From: a virus
Length of the DNA stretch: 40,923 nt
IMG/VR virus record: IMGVR_UViG_3300047496_000087
Coordinates: 1-40,923 of that record
Strand: one strand, 5' to 3'
Shown: piece after piece, positions 18,692 to 26,242 of the stretch
How positions within the stretch are numbered: the stretch's first letter is position 1
How the letters are laid out: the number at the start of each line of letters is the position of its first letter
The notes under the pieces: generated by a model
Seen by the model: only the letters and a program-made list of their open reading frames with translations
What the model was told of the DNA's origin: nothing
The model's database searches: none
Position numbers and translations under genes: made by a program

Positions 18692-18899
18692 CAGTCTGTT
18701 ACTTTTATGACCTATTTCTAGGCGGGGAAGCTCTTCGGCATTCCCTCACGGAGTTTCCTTCCGTGGTCAGACTATCGCATACCCTTTCGGGCCTTTCTCA
18801 CTTAGTCGTTCAGGCTGCTTGCGCTTGCCCCTTGTTACCATAGCTTGCGCTTTAGGCTTCCAAGTCAATTAGAGAAAGTTTTACTTCGGCACATAGTTT
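18692..18899 (-). ncRNA. Group I self-splicing intron 2 (208 nt, no ORF) in the major capsid gene
   Basis: P1: exon UUCGGU pairs with intron GCCGAA, with U.G at the splice site. P3: UUUCUC/GAGAAA. P7: GACUA/UAGUC. P8: GCCC-GAAA-GGGU. P9: CACGGA...UCCGUG. A further hairpin is CCUA-GAAA-UAGG. The intron ends ...AACAGACUG. Confidence 0.85.
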
Positions 18900-19130
18900 A
18901 CCGAAACGATCCATACCAACTTGTGAGCCAAGGATCATCCATGCGTTGTTTGTCAGCAACGTAGAAGTCACTTCGTCCACATCTGAAAGTGCTAGATCTG
19001 TAGGCAAGTCCCCATTTGTACCGCCTGTGCAGTTGTAGATCGATGCTGTCGATGCAAGCATGTCTCTGGTCAACTGATCCTCGGTCATACGGAGACTTAA
19101 TCCAAGCAGCTCTGCAGTTTCATTTAATAC
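18900..19130 (-). CDS. Major capsid protein, exon 2 (77 codons)
   Basis: VLNETAELLGLSLRMTEDQL...GSQVGMDRFG. Both junctions are phase 0 and the length is 231 nt. Confidence 0.85.
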
Positions 19131-19341
19131 CATTCTGTTACTTTCATGACTGCCGGATCAATCCAGTCAGCGGGAAAATCTCTTCGGATTCTCCTCTTCA
19201 TGTTGCCATGAAGATCAGACTATCGCATCCCATTTCTGGGTTTTCTCACTTAGTCGTTCACGCTGCAATTACGCTTGCGCCTTGTCGTCCGCGAGGGAGT
19301 TCCAAGTCAATCAGAGAAAATTTATAGACCCCATACATTTT
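19131..19341 (-). ncRNA. Group I self-splicing intron 1 (211 nt, no ORF) in the major capsid gene
   Basis: P1: exon GACCCU pairs with intron GGGGUC, with U.G at the splice site. P3: UUUCUC/GAGAAA. P7: GACUA/UAGUC. P8: CCCA-GAAA-UGGG. P9: UCUUCAUG-GCAA-CAUGAAGA. The intron ends ...AACAGAAUG. Confidence 0.85.
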
Positions 19342-19653
19342 AGGGTCTTGGTTTTGCAATGTTACTTGCTGGTTAATTGCAATGTACTGGCCATAGAATG
19401 ACATGGTAGCATCGATATCAACACGAGTCAAAGGCGTTGCTGGTGGGATAGCGCCGCTGGGCCCGAGAGGAACCGGTGCGGTTGGCAATCTGTCATAGCG
19501 CGCCATACGTAGGGTACGGCCACCTTTGCTTGGCAAACGTTTAGTAACAGCACCAAGCTTCATGATGAGGTTTGGTGTGCTTACTGACAATAGAACATCG
19601 TCCATTGTCTGTTGCACTGGCGCAGGCAGCAGGGAAGTAGTAGTGATCATCAC
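19342..19653 (-). CDS. Major capsid protein, exon 1 (104 codons)
   Basis: AGGAG RBS 6 nt upstream of the ATG. Translation: MMITTTSLLPAP...RMARYDRLPTAPVPL...SFYGQYIAINQQVTLQNQDP. It resembles the N-terminal part of the HK97-fold MCP family (N4-gp56-like). Confidence 0.85.
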
Positions 19654-19875
19654 TAACTCCTAACTACGGGCATAATAATTTTTTGGACACCGGGTTTTAG
19701 CTGGATGAGGGCTAGATATGCATCCTATGGCTCGGCGAACGCCATAAAGCGCCGAAGTTTGGCTCGATGAACACCAGATAGCATCGATGCAGGGAGTCTA
19801 CTATAAGTAGATGGAGTAAGTCAAGGTCCTGCTCGCCCTAGGAGGGAGTAGCGAGCAGGCAGTAATAAAAAGGCT
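19654..19875 (-). other. 222-nt untranslated, GC-enriched, hairpin-dense spacer/leader between the scaffold and capsid genes
   Basis: No ORF. 9-bp stem CCTGCTCGC/GCGAGCAGG (19828-19859). Palindrome GCATCGATGC (19781-19790). Stem TCGGCG/CGCCGA (19732-19755). Confidence 0.4.
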
Positions 19876-20613
19876 CTATCTTCTAGCAGCAGCTTCACGT
19901 GCTTGTCGTACAATAGCACGTCTTTGATCGTCTGTCAGCACTCGTCTATCACGGTCGGTAAATTCAACCAACGGCGAATTGGATGCCTGAGGAGCTACAT
20001 TAGCAATTGATCTTGGCTTGGCTTTGTTCTGGTCAATCTTTTGGTCTGCAGCTGAGTAGGAATTATATGCTGCATTAGATGCCATTACGCCAGAGCTCTT
20101 AATAAGCTCATAAGCAAGGGAACCGCGATCATAAAGGTCTTGGTTAGCCAAAATAGCACGATAAAGAGCAGGTTTTTGGAACTCGAGCGACTTGATATTC
20201 TCAGTAGTAACAACCGCATCAAAGTCTGAGTATTGCGACTTAAGAAGCATTTCAGCCTGCTTAGACGAACTCTGTTGTTGGTATTCCTGAAATTGTTTCT
20301 TGGTATTTTTAAGTTCTTGCGTAACACTTTTGAGAATCTTTTTAAACTGCTTGCCTTCAATGTATGCATCATCAGAAACATCAATAGAATCATCTTCTTC
20401 AACAACAATCTTGTTGCCTTGGTGCTGATTCATATTCATCTGCATCATACGCTCAAGTTCAGCAGAACGTCGCTCAGCAGCTTCAGTACGGTCTCTAAGC
20501 TCCTTAAAGTGTCGAGTTCTAGCCTCTTCTTGATGCTGAACCTGCACTTGTTCTTGTTCAACAGCAGGAGTTTCTTGTACTACTTCTTGGGTATTTTCTA
20601 GCTCATTAAGCAT
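19876..20613 (-). CDS. Scaffolding protein (245 aa)
   Basis: Acidic/basic coiled-coil composition (EQEQVQVQHQEEARTRHFKELRDRTEAAERRSAELERMM...). It lies between portal and MCP, upstream of the MCP. Confidence 0.65.
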   Translation of the reverse strand: MLNELENTQEVVQETPAVEQEQVQVQHQEEARTRHFKELRDRTEAAERRSAELERMMQMNMNQHQGNKIVVEEDDSIDVSDDAYIEGKQFKKILKSVTQELKNTKKQFQEYQQQSSSKQAEMLLKSQYSDFDAVVTTENIKSLEFQKPALYRAILANQDLYDRGSLAYELIKSSGVMASNAAYNSYSAADQKIDQNKAKPRSIANVAPQASNSPLVEFTDRDRRVLTDDQRRAIVRQAREAAARR

Positions 20614-21112
20614 GTAACTCTTCCTTGTTTATCTTTATTACTGCATCTATCTTCTCGCCATTCTCTTTCTTAACCCAGCGGAGAAGCTCACCAGACTCCA
20701 TCAACATAACAAACTTAGTTATATCATTACATTCTTCATCTTGCACAAGCTTTGGTGCATTTCTAATAATGTGCCAATACAGCACTTCATCAGGAATTGA
20801 CCAGAGGAATTCAAGTTGATCAGAGTTGTTATGATATTTCCATACAGATTGTTTGTAGACGGGAGTGGGGCATGACTTGCGGGCTAAGGTTACTATCTTG
20901 GCATGTCGAAGTACAGGATCTGTGGTTGTAATAAGCACTACGTAGAAATCTTTGCCTTTATAGGAATCATTTTGCTTAGCCTGCTGGGCAGTACTGTGGA
21001 TCTTCGCCAGTATCTCTGGCTCCATGGCACGACGATATTCTATAACATCATCTTCGGTATCAAGTCGTTGAGCATCGTGCTCAAGAATAATCTGTCCTGC
21101 TGTCTTTTTCAT
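20606..21112 (-). CDS. Head-module protein (168 aa), function unknown
   Basis: ORF overlapping the scaffold start by 8 nt. It is the first gene after a terminator. Confidence 0.6.
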   Translation of the reverse strand: MKKTAGQIILEHDAQRLDTEDDVIEYRRAMEPEILAKIHSTAQQAKQNDSYKGKDFYVVLITTTDPVLRHAKIVTLARKSCPTPVYKQSVWKYHNNSDQLEFLWSIPDEVLYWHIIRNAPKLVQDEECNDITKFVMLMESGELLRWVKKENGEKIDAVIKINKEELHA

Positions 21113-21141
21113 GCATCTCCTTCATGTTGCTGCTTAATGTA

Positions 21142-21171
21142 CAAACAAAATCCCCCTTTTTCAAGGGGGAT
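21142..21171 (-). terminator. Rho-independent terminator (minus strand)
   Basis: Stem ATCCCCC/GGGGGAT with an 8-nt loop, followed on the minus strand by UUUUGUUUG. Confidence 0.7.
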
Positions 21172-21206
21172 CCACCAAGGAGAGGAAAGATCAGTGTGTT
21201 TACTGA

Positions 21207-21365
21207 TTATTTTCGTTTCTTTTTTGATTTGCCGGCTTCATTAAGAGCTATCGCGACCGCTTGGTCTTTAGACGTAACCTTAGGGCCCTTCTTAGAACCA
21301 GAATGTAGCTTACCAGCTTTATATTCTTCCATAACAACTTGTACTTTATCTTTCTTTTTTGCCAT
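21207..21365 (-). CDS. Small lysine-rich protein (52 aa from the MAKKKDKVQ start)
   Basis: Core VMEEYKAGKLHSGSKKGPKVTSKDQAVAIALNEAGKSKKKRK resembles, from memory, a widespread small bacterial/phage family of unknown function (E[FY]K.G.L.S...G.KV.S.KQA.AIALSEA). The terminator follows immediately. Confidence 0.55.
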   Translation of the reverse strand: MAKKKDKVQVVMEEYKAGKLHSGSKKGPKVTSKDQAVAIALNEAGKSKKKRK

Positions 21366-21528
21366 TTTTCTTTCTTTCTGAGCGTTCATGTTTAGCGCTC
21401 TCTTTCGCTTCGTGCTTTTTATGCTTCTTTTTTTCTATTTCTTTAATGAGTTTCTTATCCTCATTAGCTTCTTTCTTAAAATTAGCGATATCACCCTTAA
21501 GGTGCGTAACGATCTTGTTCTTAGCCAT
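21346..21528 (-). CDS. Small highly basic Lys/Glu-rich protein (60 aa)
   Basis: ORF with an AAGG RBS. It overlaps the downstream gene in another reading frame. Confidence 0.5.
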   Translation of the reverse strand: MAKNKIVTHLKGDIANFKKEANEDKKLIKEIEKKKHKKHEAKESAKHERSERKKNGKKER

Positions 21529-21589
21529 TTTAAACCTTTTTGCATCGGCATGAACCTTTGCACTTCATACATTTTGCCATTACTTCTCC

Positions 21590-21619
21590 AAAAAAAAGGG
21601 GAAGGCTACATCCCTCCCC
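21590..21619 (-). terminator. Rho-independent terminator (minus strand)
   Basis: Stem GGGGAAGG/CCCTCCCC with one mismatch, followed on the minus strand by U8 (plus-strand A8 at 21590-21597). Confidence 0.7.
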
Positions 21620-21624
21620 TCGAA

Positions 21625-21774
21625 TCATTGATTTGTTGACGAATCACGGATCCATGAATCTACCATCTTTTCAGGTGGATTAGGTTCATTTTTCTGTTGT
21701 CTATACTTAGGCGTCTTCAAGATCTCATAAGCTATCTTCATAGCCTTCTTATTAGGTCTTGGTGCTTGTGGCAT
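21625..21774 (-). CDS. Small basic protein (49 aa; below the ORF-track cutoff)
   Basis: TAGGAGTTGTT RBS before the ATG at 21774. Translation: MPQAPRPNKKAMKIAYEILKTPKYRQQKNEPNPPEKMVDSWIRDSSTNQ. Its stop abuts the terminator hairpin. Confidence 0.45.
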   Translation of the reverse strand: MPQAPRPNKKAMKIAYEILKTPKYRQQKNEPNPPEKMVDSWIRDSSTNQ

Positions 21775-21782
21775 AACAACTC

Positions 21783-22022
21783 CTAATATTTTTTAGGATC
21801 CATCAAGCGCATAAAGTCTGATGAATCAGTCTTCAATTGCTGTTCTACACGCTCATAAAGATCAGGCATTGTCGGCATATAGTTTGCATCTCTTGTAGAC
21901 CAATTCTTATGAATCACTTCAGTAGGAAGATTTGAGTAGCCGCTACGGTTATCATGTAGCATGCCACCATCTTCTTTCATGTGAGCTGATTCTTTACCGA
22001 CGCCGTACTTACGTTTAGCCAT
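21783..22022 (-). CDS. Small protein (79 aa), function unknown
   Basis: ORF with a TAAGGAGCCAACC RBS, downstream of the portal gene. Confidence 0.6.
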   Translation of the reverse strand: MAKRKYGVGKESAHMKEDGGMLHDNRSGYSNLPTEVIHKNWSTRDANYMPTMPDLYERVEQQLKTDSSDFMRLMDPKKY

Positions 22023-22128
22023 GGTTGGCTCCTTAGAAACTGCAGCTTTACCTGCAAGGTTACCCTCTATCTTTGGCCAGCTGAACCATTCGGCTGGTTG
22101 AGGCAGTTATATACTATCTAAGCTTTAA

Positions 22129-24162
22129 TCATTGTCTAGGGCTAGTTTTGAGTGGCTTTGGAGCTTGCACCTGAGCCTGCTCTGCAACCTTCAATGAGTT
22201 AGCCATATTCAAGAGTCTTTCGAGATGTCCAAGGTCCATATCTTCAATTTCTTTAAGTATCTTGATCTTCTCAAGAAGCGCTTGCTCATCATTCTTATTA
22301 GCCTCAGCCAACTTCTGTACGGCAAGTGCACGATTCTCTTCAACACGTGAAGTGCGTTCATAGTAAAGCCCTTGGTCTGCCATTGAGCGTGAATGAGCCA
22401 ATTCAGTACGCGCCTGGAGTTCTTGCATCTCAATCTGAGCACGCTGTTGTTCCATTTGCTGAGCTGCTTGTTGCTGTTGCTCCATAGCCTCAATGATCTT
22501 GTTTTTGTTTTGAATAGTACACGCGTCAATAAGCGATGAGTCTGGTATTGGCACACCCAGTTCTTTAAGCTGCATAAGCTGTGCAAACTGCATCTGTTTT
22601 TGTGATTCGGTATTGAATCCCATCTCAACCATACAATGGTACTTACCAAATGCCTTGTTATAGAACAATGGCGCTGGCTCTTCACCTTCAAGCAGGTTCT
22701 TTATCTTGCCCGGTGTGTAGTTGTTCATTACAACCTTCATCAGCACCTCACCAAGGAGATTCTGTGAATAATCCAGGCGGTCAAAGAGAGGTTGGAGGGT
22801 AGTTAGGCCAGCACCTTGTCTTAAGGCAGATAATATGCCCGCTTTATCATCAAGCGCTGAGCCCATGAGCTCTTCGTTAATACCCGATACAAGGTTAAGT
22901 TCCTTTGAGAACGTATCTTGTAGCTGAAAGAATGAAGGCGGCACTTGAGGAGGTTGAATTGGCAAGATATCAGTCATTTGTGCTTCTTCTTTGATCGGAA
23001 TCACACGTCCTTGACCTGTCTGGAACAGATGCTTTACATCAACAACAGCATTTTCCTTGAATATCCAGCCAGAATTGACTTGGGACTCAAGCATATCAGC
23101 TGAAAGTATTATGCGTCTGTTAAGTAGTACTTGTGGATCTCTCAGTGATCGACAAATACCCTGAATGCGGCTATAAAAGTACGGCATCATTGGGTTATAA
23201 TAGCCAATTACTGGAACGAATGGATAGGTATCTACACCAAGTGGATTAGGACCATCATAAAATACAACATTTTGAATCATAATAGCCATGCGAACAGTTG
23301 GTATATCTTGATCAACAAGAGTAACTTCAGGATACAACTCTAAAAAGAGCTTAACTTCTTCAGGATCCTTATCAGTTGCCTCAAATGTTTCACCTGTTAC
23401 CGTATCGACAAGCAACTTTTGCTTACGATAGGCACGGTAATAGTATTCATCATAAGCTACTTTGTTCTGTTGCGTCTGACCATAAGACTCTGGCATGTAC
23501 TGAAATCTACCATCTCTGCCCATACCTGATGGATTACCAGGAAGGGACATGATTTCTTCATATTTATCTGGCATAAGAGCTGCAGCTGCTGAGTGACTTA
23601 GGTAGGACCTACGCCATACAAAGTTGCAATCACTAAGATCAGGTTTTCTAAAATAGGGATCGATAAAAAAACTATTATAAGAACAGTTATCCACCTTAAT
23701 ATCGCCGTTAACGGGATCATTCTTGTAGTCCATATATACGTGGAGTAAATTCATACCAGTAACACAGGCGCCTTGATGGAATGCATCTGATATCGTTTCA
23801 TAAACGCCTTCGCGCTTGTAGATACCAAGGAGTATCTTTGTCCACTGGTCAGCCGTTGCCTGGTCACCATTCTCGAGAGGAACTACAATGGATGACTTAC
23901 GGTTACGTCGTTGATAACCAGAGACCATGTTACATAAAGGTCGAACGCGGTTAAAGTACCAAGAGTTGCCGTTGGTGGTAGACATTGATTGGTTCATCTC
24001 TGCCATCAAGGATGTATCACCAGCCTCTAACCGCGTATCAAGCGTTGCCTCAGTCCAATAGATCTGCCATATGGATTGGTTGGCAGTATAATCGGCATCT
24101 ATCTTTCTTTTAATATCGCTATACTGCCCCGTGGGCAATGAATCTAACGGCCTCATTAACAT
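22129..24162 (-). CDS. Portal protein (677 aa)
   Basis: Size, position (after terL, before scaffold and MCP) and a C-terminal coiled-coil Q/E-rich tail are typical of podovirus portal proteins. Confidence 0.75.
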   Translation of the reverse strand: MLMRPLDSLPTGQYSDIKRKIDADYTANQSIWQIYWTEATLDTRLEAGDTSLMAEMNQSMSTTNGNSWYFNRVRPLCNMVSGYQRRNRKSSIVVPLENGDQATADQWTKILLGIYKREGVYETISDAFHQGACVTGMNLLHVYMDYKNDPVNGDIKVDNCSYNSFFIDPYFRKPDLSDCNFVWRRSYLSHSAAAALMPDKYEEIMSLPGNPSGMGRDGRFQYMPESYGQTQQNKVAYDEYYYRAYRKQKLLVDTVTGETFEATDKDPEEVKLFLELYPEVTLVDQDIPTVRMAIMIQNVVFYDGPNPLGVDTYPFVPVIGYYNPMMPYFYSRIQGICRSLRDPQVLLNRRIILSADMLESQVNSGWIFKENAVVDVKHLFQTGQGRVIPIKEEAQMTDILPIQPPQVPPSFFQLQDTFSKELNLVSGINEELMGSALDDKAGILSALRQGAGLTTLQPLFDRLDYSQNLLGEVLMKVVMNNYTPGKIKNLLEGEEPAPLFYNKAFGKYHCMVEMGFNTESQKQMQFAQLMQLKELGVPIPDSSLIDACTIQNKNKIIEAMEQQQQAAQQMEQQRAQIEMQELQARTELAHSRSMADQGLYYERTSRVEENRALAVQKLAEANKNDEQALLEKIKILKEIEDMDLGHLERLLNMANSLKVAEQAQVQAPKPLKTSPRQ

Positions 24163-24189
24163 AGCTTGATCCTTTTATAAAGAGTCGAA

Positions 24190-24591
24190 TTAGTTTGCTG
24201 AGGTTGATGTTAGCACAGCTCCCGCATCATATAAAGAAATTAGCTTTCTAAAGGTATCAAAGAACATTTCATAGTCATAACTACCATCCTGACAAAAGAA
24301 CTCAATAATACATGACCTTGTGAGCTTACAAGAGAATATAGAAGCGTATCCCTTTTCAGCTGTAGCCTTATAGCCAAACACAATATCATGGAACTGATGC
24401 TCGTTTATCCTTGTATATTCAAAGTCAGCGTTTAAAGTTGCAAGGTAGAGCGATCCCCACATCACACTTGGCTGCTCAATAAAGTTACTGCACTCATCTA
24501 CAACAATGGCATAGTTATATGGCCCTTGTAGATTATCTGCGTGGAGGAGACTAAAGAAACATAAGGCGCTAAACAGAAGTTGTTTGATCAT
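24190..24591 (-). CDS. Secreted protein (133 aa) with an N-terminal signal peptide, function unknown
   Basis: MIKQLLFSALCFFSLLHA|DN... has a hydrophobic h-region followed by an AxA-like cleavage site. It sits between terL and portal. Confidence 0.55.
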   Translation of the reverse strand: MIKQLLFSALCFFSLLHADNLQGPYNYAIVVDECSNFIEQPSVMWGSLYLATLNADFEYTRINEHQFHDIVFGYKATAEKGYASIFSCKLTRSCIIEFFCQDGSYDYEMFFDTFRKLISLYDAGAVLTSTSAN

Positions 24592-24872
24592 TTCAAGCCT
24601 TTCAACTGCTCAGTTACTGTCTTTTTGAAATCTTCGAACTGTTCATCAAGGCTAATGATGTTATCACTATTTATTTTAAGTGCTTCTCTTGTAAGATCAT
24701 TTATCTTATCATAACATAACGTTTTATCGGCCATTTGATCTACGGATAAAGCTGCTAAAGTAAATTTATCAACTAATTGTCTAGTAGTAGAAGAAGTTAT
24801 GGTTACTAACTCTTTCATAACTTCCATTTGCTTCTCAAGTAATTCAATACGTTCTTGCAATGTCTTTTCCAT
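24588..24872 (-). CDS. Coiled-coil protein (94 aa), function unknown
   Basis: ORF overlapping both neighbouring genes (by one base at its start, four at its stop). Confidence 0.55.
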   Translation of the reverse strand: MEKTLQERIELLEKQMEVMKELVTITSSTTRQLVDKFTLAALSVDQMADKTLCYDKINDLTREALKINSDNIISLDEQFEDFKKTVTEQLKGLK

Positions 24873-26242
24873 TATCTCATCCTATTGTATTTATCATCCT
24901 GCCTAAACATATAAGGCAGTTGTTGTTTGTTACCATATAACGCTTCCGCTTTCTTTCTCTCAAAGTCTTCAGGACTCATACCTCGCTTCGCTTTATGAAG
25001 ACTTAAGCACATGTAACGAAATGCATCTGCATAGTTACTTGCCCAGTTATGCAATGGCTTATTCTGATAAACAGACTTAACCTCGTCCCATACTTTGCGA
25101 TAGTTCTCAAGAGCATTAATCAGTGATCTACACTTCTCTGCATCTATCCACATCTTTGGCATGTGTGTCCATGCATTCTCAATGCCTTCTATAATGCCTA
25201 CTTGCTCAATAAGCTTAAAGTCTATACCTAGTTGTCGCGCTTTCTCATAACGTGTGACTGCACCACCGCCCCATTCTCGTACTTTAATGTCATGAGGAGC
25301 AAAGTGTGCTCCGTATTTATAGGGTCTGTCCTGTATTACCTTAGCATAATGATCCAAGCCAACGTTGTTATTGCTGTAACAGTCTATAACACGCAGCACC
25401 GTACCATCACCAACCTGCTGATAGAATATGATCGTTGTAGCATCATTCACTCCAATATCCCATGCGGTATACACAAGAAGCCCCGGCTCCCAATTAACTG
25501 AACATATCTGGCCCTTGAGCTTCAACTGATCCAACATTGGGCCATAATATGACCCTTGAATTCCGCGCTCAAACGACGTTTCATACTCTTGAAGATAAAG
25601 CCCCTCATCCATCTCTGCACGCTCACGTGCCAAGACTTCATCAGGTATATGATGGATATCTGATGCACATTGCTTGATCACTTTCCAGTCTGGTAGTTCT
25701 AGAGCAACTTTATAGAGTTGCCATAGATGGTTCTTGCCACGCGGAGTTGATACTATCAAACACCATCCACCATTAGCGGCGAGTATAGGACGTATGTATG
25801 AAAAGATCTCCGGTGGCATCAAAGCATACTCAGAAAGAATGACAGCGTAAGGGTTAGTACCCACCAAGCTAGAGTCATAGGAATCACCTCCAATACATTG
25901 CAGTATAGAACCATTCTTGAATCTAATCTTCATCTCAGATTGATTGATGGCTTCTATAAGCATTGGGGGAAGAAAATCAAGGAACTTAGTGCCATCAATA
26001 GCAATAGCATCGAATATAGCCTTCTTAGCCTGTGCATAGGTGGGCAGTACATAGAACACCAAGCAAGTCTTCTTAATGCATTGGCGTATAGCAAGGTTCC
26101 ATCCAAGTACGTCTTTGCCAGCACGTCGTGGAGCTATGTAGAGTACACGCTTGCAGTTATCTTCTTCAATAGCTTTAAAAACCGGCTCCTGATACCAGCG
26201 CAACTTAAAGCGATCGAGTGCTACTTGGACTTCAACGTTCAT
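24872..26242 (-). CDS. terL: Terminase large subunit (456 aa)
   Basis: N-terminal ATPase region RWYQEPVF...LYIAPRRAGKD (Walker A-like). ...AVILSEYA is Walker B-like. The C-terminal nuclease region TAWDIGVNDATTIIFYQ...APHD looks RNase H-like. Confidence 0.85.
   Translation of the reverse strand: MNVEVQVALDRFKLRWYQEPVFKAIEEDNCKRVLYIAPRRAGKDVLGWNLAIRQCIKKTCLVFYVLPTYAQAKKAIFDAIAIDGTKFLDFLPPMLIEAINQSEMKIRFKNGSILQCIGGDSYDSSLVGTNPYAVILSEYALMPPEIFSYIRPILAANGGWCLIVSTPRGKNHLWQLYKVALELPDWKVIKQCASDIHHIPDEVLARERAEMDEGLYLQEYETSFERGIQGSYYGPMLDQLKLKGQICSVNWEPGLLVYTAWDIGVNDATTIIFYQQVGDGTVLRVIDCYSNNNVGLDHYAKVIQDRPYKYGAHFAPHDIKVREWGGGAVTRYEKARQLGIDFKLIEQVGIIEGIENAWTHMPKMWIDAEKCRSLINALENYRKVWDEVKSVYQNKPLHNWASNYADAFRYMCLSLHKAKRGMSPEDFERKKAEALYGNKQQLPYMFRQDDKYNRMR

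Noticed and set aside
18661-19327. Plus-strand ORFs 18661..18843 and 19016..19327, and the junk C-terminal tails KFSLIDLELPRG.../KLSLIDLEA of the track ORFs
   Set aside because: They run through the intron sequences. The repeated SLIDLE peptide is simply the conserved intron 5' region translated.
18284-19653. Reading the three capsid ORF fragments as a frameshifted or decayed pseudogene, or as three separate small genes
   Set aside because: Both interruptions have exact group I hallmarks: a U.G P1 with the preceding exon, a P3/P7/P8 core and a terminal G. Both restore phase-0 junctions in a complete genome, so splicing is the simpler explanation.
19654-19875. A tRNA or a third group I intron in the scaffold-capsid spacer
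   Set aside because: I could find no cloverleaf with a GTTC-type T-loop and matching acceptor stem. The GACUA...GAGAAA...UAGUC core shared by the two introns is absent.
21346-21389. Programmed frameshift fusing the two overlapping Lys-rich ORFs
   Set aside because: The downstream ORF has its own in-frame ATG with a purine-rich upstream tract. I saw no canonical slippery heptamer plus structure.
20085-22691. Alternative-frame ORFs inside the scaffold and portal genes (20085..20408, 20233..20601, 22209..22691) and others of the same kind (10496..10813, 10847..11116, 11347..11607, 12813..13100, 17308..18085, 25232..26404)
   Set aside because: They are nested in longer ORFs with clear function or better coding context. 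They have no RBS and their composition is low-complexity or Leu/Ile/Phe-rich, typical of off-frame reading.
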